Source: Lama glama (taxonomy: Eukaryota). Taken from it: a DNA stretch of 64,000 nucleotides. The stretch lies in assembly GCA_028534125.1 (NCBI GenBank), contig CM052838.1:54064001-54128000 (forward strand), in the 5' to 3' direction. The notes under the pieces are model-generated. The model saw nothing but the letters and a program-made list of their open reading frames with translations, was not told the DNA's origin and ran no database searches. Below, piece after piece: positions 37,836 to 51,899 of the stretch; position 1 is the stretch's first letter; every line of letters starts with the position of its first letter. Made by a program: the position numbers and the translations under genes.

Positions 37836-39149
37836 CTTCTCTGGATAAAGACCCAGGGGCACTCTGGAGAGCCCTTACTCCTCGAAAAGCTTTATATCCA
37901 AAGTCAAAGAGGAAGGACCTGGAGGGGTCTGCTATGCATTGGGCTTAAGGGGACAAGAAGGATAGATTTATCTTTCCTGGTAATTTCACTCCAGAAATTT
38001 GGTAAGATGCAAATACGCACGTGCCATGGCATGTCTGCTAATGGAAGTATGACTCTGTGTCTGTAACAGCAACTGGGGGCATGCGATTGTAGGAAAAGAA
38101 CTTCAGCTTGTATGTGTGAATTATGAGTTTGGAGTCACGAATCTCAAGACCTGGGTCCAGCTCTGCCACCAGCTAACTGTGTGACCAGGTCTTTTAGTCC
38201 CTAGGTCCTATTTTCTCACATATAAAATGGTGAGATTGAGTTTGATTACTAGGATGGATTTCACTCCAATCCTACTGTACGGTTCTACTGTAAATTATGC
38301 TCAGTCGCACCAGTTTGGGGTAGGAAGAGCAAATAGCTTGTTTCTAAGTGATATCTTAACTTGTCTTTCTAAATGCACAGGGCCAGTTGAGAAACTATAT
38401 TCCTCTATGTTGCTGGTGAGTGAATAGACATAATTAACACTGATCCTTAAATTAAAAAAAAAATTTTAACAATGTTATTAATAAAGGCTAGTTCTCAATC
38501 TTTTCAGCGTGTTTGAAAGATGTAGATGCTTCATGCTGCCCCATTTTAGAAGCGAGTGAAAGGAATGTCTAAGCATCTGTGAGAGGTAGAGGGTCTCTGA
38601 AATTTCAGATCGACTGAGAGCAGACTCCAGGTTGCTGCCCTCAATGCAGCACTCACGCCTCTGAAGCCAGTTTTTTAAAGCTGATTTACGTTTTCCAGGA
38701 GCTCCTGGAGTTTCTTGCTTGTAGGACTCTGCTCTCCTTCCGTAACTCTGACCCAGTATCTTCACACTTGCAGAAACCCACCCGTTGATCTAATCTTAGC
38801 ACTCTCTTTGTTCGAGGTGGCTGGAATAAGAAGTAAAACCGCTTAATTGTATCAAAACTTCGTTATAAAAATCCATCATATGGGTTACCTTTTAACCTGA
38901 AATTCAAGTATAGTTTACGCCCAACATATGTGTCTTCACAAATAAGAAAGAAAAAGCGGGCACCCACGGCAAAATAAGCTATAAAATTAGGCAGCGAGCC
39001 CAGGAAACAGCAGAGATAAGAACAAATGTCTGAGATTATTGTTAATAAATATGACCCTGTGTCAAAATAAAATACTGGATATTAAAAGGACCCTAAAATC
39101 AACAGTAGGAGCTAATTTTATCTTCTATCCAAAATATAGTTATTGTGAC

Positions 39150-40500
39150 TCTTCATTTGTTACCTAATTCATTGGAGAAATATTTGAAAGTGTCTGATCA
39201 CGTCAGGCACTGGATATATGGTAGTGAACAAAGCAGAGCCCTTCCCCCATAGAGGTTAGAGCCTATGTGAAAATAAACATAAACAAGTAATCATGCAAGT
39301 AAACTCGTAATTATGAAATATGTTAGGTTTTATGAACGAAGAATAGAGAGTGTTATGAGAAAGAGGTGAAATAAAACTGATACACAGTTGCTAAGCTTCG
39401 TATCTTTCAATAGTAGTGGCCAAATGAACAACATAGTCATTAAAATGCTCCTTTCTCAGTTCTCACTTGTCATCATGTCTCTGTAGGGTTTAACTGGTGG
39501 AGAGCTCCTCCTCATGCCTCTCCAAGCTCTGGAAACTCCTTCTGGTGTTCTTTGCCTTGATCGATCATAGGTACCTACTTAGAGTTTACTTAGAGAGAAT
39601 GGATGTGGAGCACGTGCCCTGTGTTCATTGTCTGCTTCACCTGTTCTCTGAGTACAGATGGGCATTCCCTGAGGATTGATCCTGAGCCAACTTCTTATCC
39701 TTATCCACTCTCTCCTTGTAGAGTCATGCCCTCTTTGCTCATTTAGGGGGCTTCTCAGATGCCAACTCCAAATTCTGTGGTTCTCCAGCCAGCACTGGAT
39801 TTGCTACCGTTTCAGTATAAAGTCACTCTTCCTTCCTCTCCTCCCGTTACCATTCCTACCCCCCAAGACCAGCTCTTTCTTTTCCCCGACTTTACTGTTT
39901 TTGTAAAGTCATTTCAGAGTGGCTCAAGTTTGAAACTTTGGAGTTAGCTTTTTTTCTTCTCTCTTTCTTCCCTTTTACATCCAACCATGAAGCTCTTTTT
40001 TTTTTTTTTTCCACAACCATGGAGCTCTTTAGAATTTACCTCTGAGGCAGATAGAACAGACTTCCTTATGCCGTTCTTACTCCCTCCATTTTTTGCTCAG
40101 GTCCTGGTTGCCTCTCACCTGGACTTCTGCCAAAGGAAAGCACAATTTTAATCATGTCTTCCCTTCCTCATAAACCTTTGCTGGCTTTTTATTGCCTGTT
40201 GAAGTCAGTCCAGACGTCGACTCTGGGGTGTAAGGTCCTCCTTGACCTCTCCCCAGCCTTCTTCCAGGCTTAGCAGACATGGAGTCCTTGCCCACCTGCA
40301 CAGCACCACTGGCTAGTCTGGGGCCCTTCTTTACCGCCCTCTAACGTACATCAAAGTCACTGTGCACTTTTCTTAACTTTCTTCCCAGGTAGTAAGCTCT
40401 CTAAGGACAGTGGTTATTTCTTATTTCATCTTTGAATCCCTAGTGGATCACAAGTCCTTGGTACTTAGTTGTTTGATACATTTTAATTGATGAATAAAAT
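39150..40500. mobile_element. L2 fragments (one minus ~39150-39370, one plus ~39380-40500)
   Basis: ggtagtgaacaaagcagagccc; tcctgagccaacttcttatccttatccactct; gtaagctctctaaggacag...ttgatgaat. Confidence 0.65.
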
Positions 40501-41124
40501 TAATTATTTTTAAATGGTAGAACTTCTTCACCAAAAAAAATACAGAAAATATGTAGATATATACTACCCAAATAGAAACTTTACTAAGTAAAATTTCACT
40601 TCAGGCCGATAATCTTTGATAGACTGAATTTTGTGTTTCTATGATTCATGTAGGAGTCAAGCTACATATCTTGGGGACTCAAATCAAGCTCAACACTATA
40701 CCTTGGATAAAAAATATCTATAAAACTTACTTGCTCAGATTTAAAGTTCAAGGAAAGTGAGAATATTAGTAAAAAATGACACAAAGCAATAAAGCAAATT
40801 ATATTTCCAGTGTAGCATGTACGAAACCTACCATAAAGTTATTCTATTTTTACCATTTGAAATTTGATTTCTTTCTTGGATAATAATTTTTACAAAACCA
40901 TTTTATATAAGTTTGAAAGAGCACAACTCAGTTCTACCCTTTATGACCAGAAAAATAGTATTGAACCTTATGGAATAAATGGCTATGTATTAGTGATAGA
41001 CAGGACAAACAGCTTCACAAAATATATCTGGCAAATGAAAAGTATCGATTGCTGTTGTAGTTGTCATCATTAACACATGATATTAACACAATCTGTTCTA
41101 TGCTTATTACTATTCTGTGAATCA

Positions 41125-41270
41125 TCATCACCCTATAAGGGATAATATGATCACTTTTATTTCACAGATGAGGAAAATTAATTCATGGAGTTTTAGTAAC
41201 TTGCCCACAGCCACATAGTAAATAAATGACGGAGCCAGAATTTAAAACTAGAAAATCTCACACCAGAGTC
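41125..41270 (-). mobile_element. MIR SINE
   Basis: atttcacagatgaggaaaatt...gtaacttgcccacagccacatag...ggagccagaatttaaa. Confidence 0.8.
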
Positions 41271-44200
41271 CTCTTTACAAATCTTTTTTTTTTTTTTTTG
41301 AGGAGGTGGGGGATTTTTTGGTTATGCTCAAAGACCATTAGCCATGTGCTTTTGGGACTAGCACAAGCTTGCAAGCTTTTTCTTTTACTGACCAGTGTCG
41401 CTGTGAAGTCACCTGGCATCGTCCTCCCATTTGACATTTTAAAATTTATCTCTGTGCCATTGTTAATTGAGAGAAATTGATCAATGGGTAAAGGAAACAA
41501 AGAAGAAAAAAAGAACAAACTTGAAGACCATGGCTAATTAAACATGCTGCAGAAGTGAGTGGAACACCCTAAAAGTTAACTCACTCAAACACTTCCAAGG
41601 TAGAGCAATTACAAACTCACGTATGAAGTCAGAATGTATGGACGTGAAAAATGAGAATTTATGGACTGAAAGCAGGACCAACACATTTTTCTTCTCTTTT
41701 TCTTCTCCCCGTGTGCCACCCTTTTGGGTATTTCTAGAATTGACTGGTAAATAATTACTGTGGTCAAAGAGAAAAATAGGAAAAAGTAAGCAACTCAACA
41801 AATCAACTTTCAAAGCCAAAGGGGAAAAAAATCAGGATTTGTTTGGAATAAGTAATCTGCCTTTGAAGCAACAACAACAATAACAAAATAAAAAGAATTT
41901 TGTGGGTGTGGATAAAATGTAAAGACTAAGTCAGTCCCCCAGTATTTCTTTTGATAGCTAACCCTGTGGTCTATACATAAAACTACCTATTAGGCGTTTT
42001 ACTTTGAATTGGTCATGAATTAAATAGTCCTGCATTACATAGGTTTAGGAAAATTGAGCAGAAGGCTACCTCCTGCATTTAACAAAGATAGATGGGTAAT
42101 CCTGAGTGTCAGAGAATTTTAGAATTTTTGGAGCTTTAGAAATGGCCTTGGAAATCACTCAGTTCTATACCCTATTTTGCAGAGGAGAAACCTGGAGAGC
42201 CAGTGATGGGGAGAGAAATTCTGTCTCCTTACCAGCAAACTGAAAAAAATGTTAAGACAATGTGGGTCAGGTGCCCTGGAAATTCCTTCTTCTCACATAA
42301 ACATTTTTCTGGGGACCACTACAAAGGGCCAGTGATCCCTTAGCAGACCCAGTGGGAGGACATTCAAGTTTTCATAAAAATTGAATGTTATACCAACAGC
42401 TGATTTAGTCTTAGATCCCACCTGTTACTGTAAGATGGTGCCATAGTAACTCCAAAGGCATTTTTGAGTTTTAATATACCTTCATCCTTAATGAAATGTC
42501 CAGCAGAGGAACCCAAGCACCAGCAGTAGTAATGCTGTACGTCCAAAAAAGCCAAACATTGATTATAGTTACATTAACCCCTTAAGACAAGAATACTCTT
42601 TCTCTAAGGGCTTTTCGGGAAAGAATTAATGGCCTTCTGAAAAGTGAGTGACTTACCTCCCTTTATTCACCTCATTACTTGCCAGTTAGCATCACCCATC
42701 TAATGTGGGCCAGCATCCCTAACTGTTGAGCAGCAAGTTCAGATAGAGCATGGCAAAACGCAAGAGAGAGCTCCTCCTTTTCCTTAAGAGCTGGGAGCCT
42801 CAGTTGGTCCACAGGACTCCCAGAAAGTGATGTGAGGAGTCCTACATGGTCCCTGGGATCATCACGTAGAAGCCTTGGAGAAATAAATGGATTTTTGCCC
42901 CATGAACCTGCTGTCTGACATAATTTGAACTGAACTTCGAAGGCCCTGAGAGTCTGGATGCAGTGACCATACATTCAGTTCCATTTATTCCACGCGCCAG
43001 GCAGGGAACATCAAATCAATAACAGGACTGTGCCATCGGCCTTCCCTTTGCTCACCATCACAGTGAAAAATGACTCCTTAAGTGTTCTGTGAGGCAATTA
43101 CCTCTGAATGTAGAGCTGTAATGGGGAGAGGCTGAGGCAGATTTGTATTCAAAACTTTACTAATAAAACAGAAAGGAAACTGTTGTCCGTATTAATAGGT
43201 ACATAAAATGTATAAATGGGGTGATCTGGTGTGACTCTGCTGATGCCGATTATTATACAACTGCAGAAGCACAGAGGTAGGAAGGGCACTGAAATGACTC
43301 CTGGCTCCTCCAGCGGCTTGCAGCCACAGCTGGTGACCCTGTCCGAAATCATCTTGGACGGACTTTCCCAAAAGGCACACCCATCACTTCCGGGACTAAT
43401 TCATCCTGTGACGCAGCAGTCTTCTCTGCAATTTGACCCCGTTTTCTTTGGTTCTCTTTCTTCTTCTTCTCATCTCTCCAGAAATAGAGAAGAGCTGATT
43501 GTGCTCCTTGTAATAATCTATCACATGGGTGGAAGCAGGCCGTTTTGAAATCACCTCCCAGCCTTCAGTGCAGGCCCAGTACAGGACTCCCAGTCCTTCC
43601 CTCCCTGCCCAGTGACTTCCAGCTTAGGTCACCTCGTGACTCTCAGAATGCTCTTCAGCCTTCCCAGCTGTCATCGGCTTACGAACCATGAAATACAGGG
43701 GGGTTCCAGAAGTGGTTCTGTCCCTTTGTTTGACAGATGTGGATACTGATGTTCACCTGAAGGGACTTCCTTAGAGTCCAGTACTCATTACACGGCAGAG
43801 CCCAGTGCTAGAACCCAGGGGCTCTCTCTGGCTTTACTCTCATTGTTTGTTGGTGCCTAACCTCTCTTCCAAAACTTACTGCCCTGCCTTGCTGGTTACT
43901 TTCCCACTTGCAGTTCGTTAGGACTCCTCCATCCCCTCCTGACCTTTTCTGCCATTCTGCATTTTGTATTTATGCCCACTACTTCTCTTGTGCGACAAAA
44001 GGGAGCAGGCGGTTTCAGTTAGTTTCTCTGATGGTTCAAGGTCATTTCTGAAGTTTCATCCTATCATTCTAAACGCTGTTCTCATGCCCTGCTTCCATTT
44101 GTGTTCTTTGCACATATGATGGTTTTAGGAGGATAGTCAATGCCTCACACTACTTGATTCCAACGTGACTTTTAAAATCCTGCTTGTTATAAGACATTAT

Positions 44201-45519
44201 ACCTCTGTCCCTTTGCACATACTAGTCCTTCTGCCTGGACTGTCCTCCAGCACACACCAGCACACACATCTATCCTTTCCACCAAGAGAATTTCTAATTC
44301 AGGGGTCACCTCCTCTGTGAAACTTGTTCCCATCTCTGCCCGTCCACTATTTTTTTTAATTTACTACTATGAAATGTTTATTACACTGTCACTATTCTAC
44401 CCAGATAAGCTAAGGACAGGAATCTCCCCCTTACAATTTTATCTCCAGGGGTAACCTGTGCCCAGAGCAGAACAGAAACACAATATTTTTGCCTAATTTT
44501 TCTCCTCCCTTCTTTTACTCACCTGTCCTTATCGGTGCTAAGTTCCCAGAGTCCGACTCTTAAGCTACTTGTGGATTCATACTTTCGACCACATTTTATC
44601 CATGTACTTGTTATTTGTACCTTACCATATGTTATTTCTAGATGCTTCTTAGGTTTACTGAGAACAAAAGCCCCTCCTTAATCTCCGGTCTAAATTTTGG
44701 CTTACAGAATAGAATTGACGACTCATGTTAAAACGACTGATTGCTCACTACTGATCAGGGCTGTCATTTGAGCCCCGTTCTACAGACCGACTTGTCTCAG
44801 GTTGTGTTAGTCATTTTGCAATATGTGATTTTTCCCCTACATTTAACAGATTTCTTTGGGTATTTTGGGGTTTTTTTTTCCCCACATACAAAAATCTCAC
44901 TTTGATGGTTTGGTCATTCATAAGATCATTGTTTGATCATTTCTAAGACCATCCTTTCTTCCTGTTCTTAAAAATGAGTGTTTCATAGGCTCTTCATCAT
45001 TCTCGGTGCTTTAAGCAGGATCAGAGTCCCTCCCACTTTTCTTGGTGGCCTCGATGTGGGTCACCAGACCCTGCTTCTGCGGCTTGGACCACCCAGACAC
45101 AGCCTCTTCTGATTCTCGCCTGGCTACGTGACTTTTCTATCCTTTATTGCTGGTTTTAAGATTACAATTGTTCATTAAGACTGAGATTTTTCTACCACTT
45201 TGAGTCTGTTTTCAGCATTTGTTTGTTATAAGCCTTTTCTCTTGCACTTAAAAACAAGCGTGTCTTTTTAAACCTATCTCATGCTTGGTGCACTACGCAT
45301 ACTGTTCCATTTCCCTTTGTACCTCCAGCGGGTCCCTTGAGTCTGTGCATTCACACTGTTCACTTTCCCCATCACTTCAGAAACATCGTCTTTTCCTAGC
45401 CTCCTGGTCTTGCAGTCTTGTTAGGACATTCCTAACTTCCAGTTAATCTCTCAATAAAGGTCTCATCTGTCCATCTGAGCTTCCCCTCAAGTTCCTTTTT
45501 CCATCCCCATTAAAAGTAT

Positions 45520-47890
45520 TCCTAAGAAATTAAAATTAAAATGATACTGAGATACCATTTCTCCCCCATCAAGTTGGTGAAAATTTGAAAGTATTGACAA
45601 TACATTGCTAGTGAGAATGCAGACTGGTACAGCCTTCTGGCGGAGGATTTGGCAATATCTAACAAAATTACACTTGCACTCTTGTGACTCAGCAGTCCCA
45701 CTTCTAGGAATGTCCCCTAAAATACACCTCCAGCGATATGAAAATACACAACCATGGGTCACTTATTTTAATATTGTTTGTAAACACATAGTATTGGGAA
45801 CAACCTAAACGACCGTACAAAGGGAAGTGTAGTAGTATGGAAGTACAATTAATTTTATAATTATAGTATATCCACAAATAGAGTACAATGCATCTGTTAA
45901 AAAAAGAATGTGGAAGATCTGTATGAACTGAAATAAGATTATCTCCAGGATATATTATTAAGTGAAAAACATAAGGTGCAAAAGAATATCTAGAGTTTGC
46001 TATTCTTTATGTAAGAAATAAAGAAATTTAAGCATATATGCAGATGTCTACTAAATTTTGCAAATGATGACAAGAAAGATAAATCAAAAGTTAAGGAGAT
46101 TTGTTACCTGCAGGAAGTGAAGTGGGAATGGAGTACAAAAGTGGAGGAATAAGAGATGGAGGAGTAGGGATGGAGAGTGTACCTTTTTTAAAATCTCTGA
46201 CTCTCACGAACACTGTAGTGTATCACACACTCAATAAATTAATAAGTAAAAATCAGGATGTGGAGAACCCAAAATGGAATACGAAGGGTGAAAAATGAAC
46301 TTAAATGCATTACAAATGAATAACATAAACAGTGAGGGGATAGGGAAGAAAAGAGCAACCTAAGTCACGTTGGAAAATAATATTTTGACTGTACAGGCTA
46401 AAGGCAAAGAGAACAGTACACAAACATTGTACTATGGTCAGTACATTTGTTCCTTCTGGAAGTAGGGATGTAGGTGAGCAATTCTGACAAGACTTTATGT
46501 CTGTGCGAGGATTGAACAAAGAAGAAAATACAATCTGGATAATGGGAGCTTGGTTTCCCACTGTCAGAGAAAAACAGATACAAATGAGGAAGGTAAGAAG
46601 GGTAGAATGAATTCTGTGGGATTGGATGGTGTGGGTATTAGATCAGTGTAGACTCATTCATATGCAGGGAGATAAATATAGAAACACTCATGTGTGTAAG
46701 CGGGTTAGTATACATATGTATGTTTCTTAGCTGTGTCCACTGAAAGGGCCTGGAAGCAATGATACCTCATTAGCAATGAATACACTTAGCACTCGTATCT
46801 TGATATATTAACACCATTTTCCAATAAAAGGAACCAGGGCCTTTTTGAAGAAATGGTTGATTCCAAGGCTAGAAAGGGGAAAAGCAAGTTGAAATGGAAC
46901 ATTTGGTTTGAGAAAATTGTTTTAAAAAACTTACGAAGGCATGTTGAAAAGACATAGAAACTCATCTGAAGGAGCATCCAGTTGCCAGAGGAAGACCAAC
47001 TTGAACAAAAAATAAGTCAGTATCCTATTGGATTATAACCCAAAGAATAAATTAAATATCCGTCTACACTAACATAGATATATAATTGAATAAATAAATA
47101 AATGAGAGAGAAGGGACAGCTCTTCCTTATAATTGACTTCCAATTAATGAATATAAAGAAAATAAGCAAAATAGAAAAATCACCATTAGACAAATACTAC
47201 GGTAGTGATTATCGTAGGCAAGAACCATTGATGGAGTCTAAAGTTAGTGGGAGAAAATATAATATAAACAGTACATTTGCATAGCTTCAAAGTATCTTCC
47301 CACAAGATGTTTATTAATTACAAAGGGGAAAATAATAAATTTACACTAGAAAAAATGTAGCAGACATGACGACCTTCTCCAAGTAATCAAGGTTAATATC
47401 ACCAGTAATAAAACATATAGAAACCATATACCCCCAATGTGTTGCACTGAAAAGAGTGAAACATCACTTCTGCAGTATTCTTGTTAAACGCCTAACACTG
47501 ATGTAATCATGAGAAAAGATCAGACAAATCCAAATTGAGGAACAGTCTATAAAACAAACTGGCCATAACTCTTATTTAAAAGTGTCAAGATCATGAAAGA
47601 CAAAGAAAGACTGAGGAATTAACACCAATTAGACACTAATGACATTACATGCAGTAAGATCTTGAATTAAATCCTGGAACAGAAATAAAACATTAGTGGG
47701 AAGACTGGTGAAATTCAAATAAGAATTACTCAGCTGTATTATATCAATGTTCATTTCCTGGTTTTTGACAACTATCCTGTGATTATGTAAAATGTTATCA
47801 TTAGGAGAAGTTGAGCAAAGGGCAAGTGAGAACTCTAATTCTTTGTAAGTTTTCTGTAAGTCTAAAATTATTTCAAAGTGAAAAGTTAGT
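45520..47890 (+). mobile_element. Old L1 3' region(s) (L1MC/MD/ME-type), sense
   Basis: gagataccatttctc...ttggcaatatctaacaaaatta...cagcagtcccacttctaggaat; long A-rich 3'-UTR (aatcaaggttaatatcaccagtaat; ctgtaagtctaaaattatttcaaa). Confidence 0.85.
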
Positions 47891-48166
47891 AAAAAGTATT
47901 TCTCAGATCTCTTCTCCATATGGATCATATTCCAAAAGTGAATCTGTAGATTACAGGCTATATTTTCTCATAGAAATTATATTTTCCTGGTTATACGGTT
48001 CCTCGGCCAGCCCTCAAGAGCTTACTTACCCTAGAATTTTTGTTTGTATGAGTGTCTCTGTTTGTTTATTAACTATCCTCACAATTTATGCTGGCTGTGT
48101 TCCTTAGGGTTTTAACCAGAGGGACAATGGATTAAGAATAGATGATACATACACATTGAGGATCCC

Positions 48167-48203
48167 TGTACACACACATACACACACGCGCGTGCGTGCA
48201 CAC
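48167..48203. repeat. Alternating purine-pyrimidine (CA)n/(CG)n tract
   Basis: tgtacacacacatacacacacgcgcgtgcgtgcacac. Confidence 0.9.
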
Positions 48204-49200
48204 TCGCGCCTTTGAACACTGGAGACAGATTTCTCTAGTTCTAATTCTGAAAATGGTCCTGTGCAGGAGTTAGCAAAGAAGGGACTGGTGGGAGAATGGG
48301 AAAACAGCATGACAGGAAGAGGTGGTCAGGATGTTCATTTCCATGCCTGCTCCCTGGCCTCTCTCGTTTTTCTTGAAAGCATGACTGGTCACCATCAGGA
48401 GCATTGCTGCTTCTCACCTGAGAAAACGCTACACAGAGTTGCCCAGATGGAAAGCAACTTCATCACAAAGCTAGTCTTGAAACTTGAAGTATCTGTCCTT
48501 GTGACTAGCAGTTTGGGGCTCAAATTTTGAAACACTGCTGTCTGTGTTCATTTTCAATCCCAGTGAGCAACTTCAGTTTCTGTGCCTCAGTTTCACCTCT
48601 TCAAGAGAGTGGCTGTCACAGTCTTTGAAGCCCCTCCCCAGAATTTTCAAAGTGAATCTTACATATACAACACAGTTTATATTAAGCCAGGCCATCCCAG
48701 ACATACCTCCAAATTTAGTGACGAACTACCTAATCATTATGTGATATGTTAACATATAAATGACAACTTAAATATCGTAATTTGTAGTACCTAAATAACA
48801 ACATTAGATTTACTGAGTACCTGCCATGTTCAGTCACTGTCCCAGGTATGTGTGTGTATAGATATAAAGTCATTTCATTTTCTTGCTACAAACCCATAGG
48901 GGTATTTATGTCTATTTTACAGTTAAAGAAACCATGCTTCAGGAAGATTTTATACGTGCTAAAAATGTTTTATTTGCCCAAGATTTTAGAGCAGGCAAGT
49001 TGGAGAGCTGACTTTAGAGCCAGGTCTGTGGGACCCGTATGCTGAGCTGCCCCCTTGTTGAAGTCTCAGAGGTCCCATCTCCCAGTCCACCTGCTCACGT
49101 ATTGGAGACGTTGAAAATCATATGCATGTCTCTGTGCTGTCCTCTTGATTCTTGAACTACGTGTTCATCTTTATTTTGTCCATTAGAATGCCTTATTCTT

Positions 49201-49939
49201 TTTTTTAATTTTTTTATTGAGTTATAATCATTTTATAATGTGTCAAATTCCAGTGTAGAGCACAATTTTTCAGTTATATATGAACATACATATATTCATT
49301 GTCACATTTTTTCCACTGTGAGCTACCACAAGATCTCGTATATATTTCCCTGTGCTATACAGTATAATCTTGTTTATCTAGCCTACATATGCCTGTCAAT
49401 ATCTACAAATTTTGAACTCCTAGTCTATCCCTTCCCATCCTCCCTCCCTTGGCAACCACAAGTTTGTATTCTGTGTCTATGAGTCTGTTGCTATTTTGTA
49501 TTTATGTTCTTTTTTTTTTTTTTAAGATTCCACATATGAGCGATCTCATATGGTATTTTTCTTTCTCTTTCTGGCTTACTTCACTTAGAATGACATTCTC
49601 CAGGGACATCTGTGTTGCTGCAANNNNNNNNNNNNNNNNNNNNNNNNNNNNNNNNNNNNNNNNNNNNNNNNNNNNNNNNNNNNNNNNNNNNNNNNNNNNN
49701 NNNNNNNNNNNNNNNNNNNNNNNNNNNNNNNNNNNNNNNNNNNNNNNNNNNNNNNNNNNNNNNNNNNNNNNNNNNNNNNNNNNNNNNNNNNNNNNNNNNN
49801 NNNNNNNNNNNNNNNNNNNNNNNNNGAGGGAACGTATCTCAACATAATAAAAGCTATATATGATAAACCTACAGCCAGCATAGTGCTCAATGGTGAAAAA
49901 TTCAAAAGCTTCCCAGTTTTGGAAGTCTTGGAAGTCCTA
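49201..49939 (-). mobile_element. Young lineage-specific L1 with 5' inversion; 11-bp TSD GCCTTATTCTT at 49190-49200 and 49940-49950
   Basis: poly-T plus antisense 3'-UTR at 49201-49623; after the gap, ORF2 RT sequence on the + strand ([30 protein letters not shown]...LEVLA). Confidence 0.88.
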
Positions 49940-50389
49940 GCCTTATTCTTAAAATATTAGCTTTTAGGTAGTTTGTGAGGTTTTTTTTCTCTAATTCTGC
50001 CTTCCGTCTTTAAATCATGTTTGGTGGCTAAATCAGAAAGTGTAGGACTTCTCATGCAACATTGAGGTGCAAGGTTAGTACAAGCTTCAACCAAGATAAT
50101 GCTCATTTACTGAATTATTTGTACTTACAATGTGTCACTATATTTTGGGTTAAAATTTTGAAAATGTTTGAAATAATTAAGCATCTCAAGACCATGTTGA
50201 GACTAAGACCCTCTTCCTATTAAAAACATTCTTAAATTATGCTGACATATACACGTTGTACTGAATAGTTATGGAGGGTGAGGCTCCTAATGCAAATGTC
50301 AATTCTATTATGGATTTTTCTCAATTTAACAAATATATCCGGTAGGCTATGTAAATGTCCAGAGTGAACACACACACAGCCAAAAAAAT

Positions 50390-50630
50390 CTACCATTTAT
50401 TGGGTACTTACTATGAGTCAGTTGCTGTAATGATTGTTTTCTTGTATTTTATCATTTGATCTTGTAATTAGCCTATAAGTTAGATACTGCTATTTGGATT
50501 TCACAAGTTAGGAAAACTGAAGTTCAAATACTTGCCAATTGTCTCTAGAGCTAATAACTGACAGAATCAAGGTTTCAACCAAGATTTTTTTTTTTTCTGA
50601 CTCTAAAGTTTATACCTTTAATCCCCATCC
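50390..50630 (-). mobile_element. MIR SINE
   Basis: ctaccatttattgggtacttactatg...ggaaaactgaagttc...ggtttcaaccaag. Confidence 0.7.
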
Positions 50631-51699
50631 TCTAATGCTTCCCTGTCAGGGAAGTATTAAATACAGCATAGAAAACTAAGAAGGAAAAAAGGCACTTACA
50701 TGAAATATGTTAAGCTTACATTTAATTTGATCTATTTTATTATTTTAAAAAAAAAAAAAGAGCCAAAAGAAAGGAGAGATTTTAAAGAGTGATTCAGAGA
50801 TTAGACATTGTCTTTTGTCCCAGGGCACTTGAGATTCAAACCCAAAGCTTCACTGCCGCTGATGCACATCCATCTCTGTGTCTTGTAATTGGTAAATTTA
50901 TATCATGTGTGTCACCAGCAGCTTAAGAAAGGCACAGTTGTCGGTTTCAGGAAATCCTGGGAATTTCGAGCTTGCTCGGACTAATTGGTCCAATCGATAA
51001 AATGCTAATGAGAAAGCAAATCCAAACCTTTGCCATAGTAACTCTGAATTCTAACCACAAGGATTAGTGTAACTGCCCTTCTGAAATCCCTATATGTTCA
51101 TGCAATTAAAAAAATTCCCTTAAAAATAAAAACATATATGTCTTTTAAAAAAATTACTAGCATTAAACTGGTAATGTAAGGATTACCCGAAATTCTACAT
51201 GAGTGTTAGCTGTTTTATGAAATTAAATTCCACTGTTGCATTTTCTTCGACCAACAGAGTCCTGTGTTGTCACTTGTTGGCTTTAATGTCATCTTGATAA
51301 TACATCTAGGAATTTTAAGCAACTAACTGCTTAAGCATTAACATCTCTCTAATGTCATACAGTCAGAGGGAGCTTCCATTTGTTTACACCGTCTTTAGTA
51401 GCAATGGAATAGTTAGAGACAAGGTCAAAGCCTGCTTACTGGAAGCGGCAGCCTGGCGGGCGGCTTAGGGTTCCTGGTACGCTTTTTCCTCCCTGAGCTG
51501 GCCCTTTCCTCCCTTCCTCTCTCAGTATCATTAGCATAACAGGCTCAGACAACTAGCGTTCATTCTGTCCAGTCCCTATCTTGTGCAGCTCCCATCCCTT
51601 ATTTTTAAACGTATCCACAGATTGAGACTCTACAGGTTCTCACTGCAATAATTTCCAGACCTTAATTTCCTTTTAGTATTTGGAATGTGGCCACCGCGT

Positions 51700-51805
51700 G
51701 ATTGATTTTCATGCAAACATACTGGAGCTTATGCATTGAAATGGTCTGCTGCACCCTTCAAGGCCATTACCTTAGAAGGTTAAATAAGCTTATTCAAGTG
51801 ATATG
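51700..51805. mobile_element. Possible mariner-family (MARNA-like) DNA transposon remnant
   Basis: ccttcaaggccattaccttagaaggttaaataagcttattcaagtgat resembles MARNA as recalled; short and diverged. Confidence 0.35.
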
Positions 51806-51899
51806 AATCTTAGTGTTTTAGAAATGGAGAAGACTGTGAGACTTAAACTCACGGTAGCTCTGGTCCCTCCCTTCTTGTTAATCTTCTCAGCCAAACTTC

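Noticed and set aside
37995-38001. 7-nt microexon-like site (ctccag|AAATTTG|gtaaga)
   Set aside because: Interrupted pyrimidine tract, weak exonic donor context and frameshifting; expected by chance in long introns.
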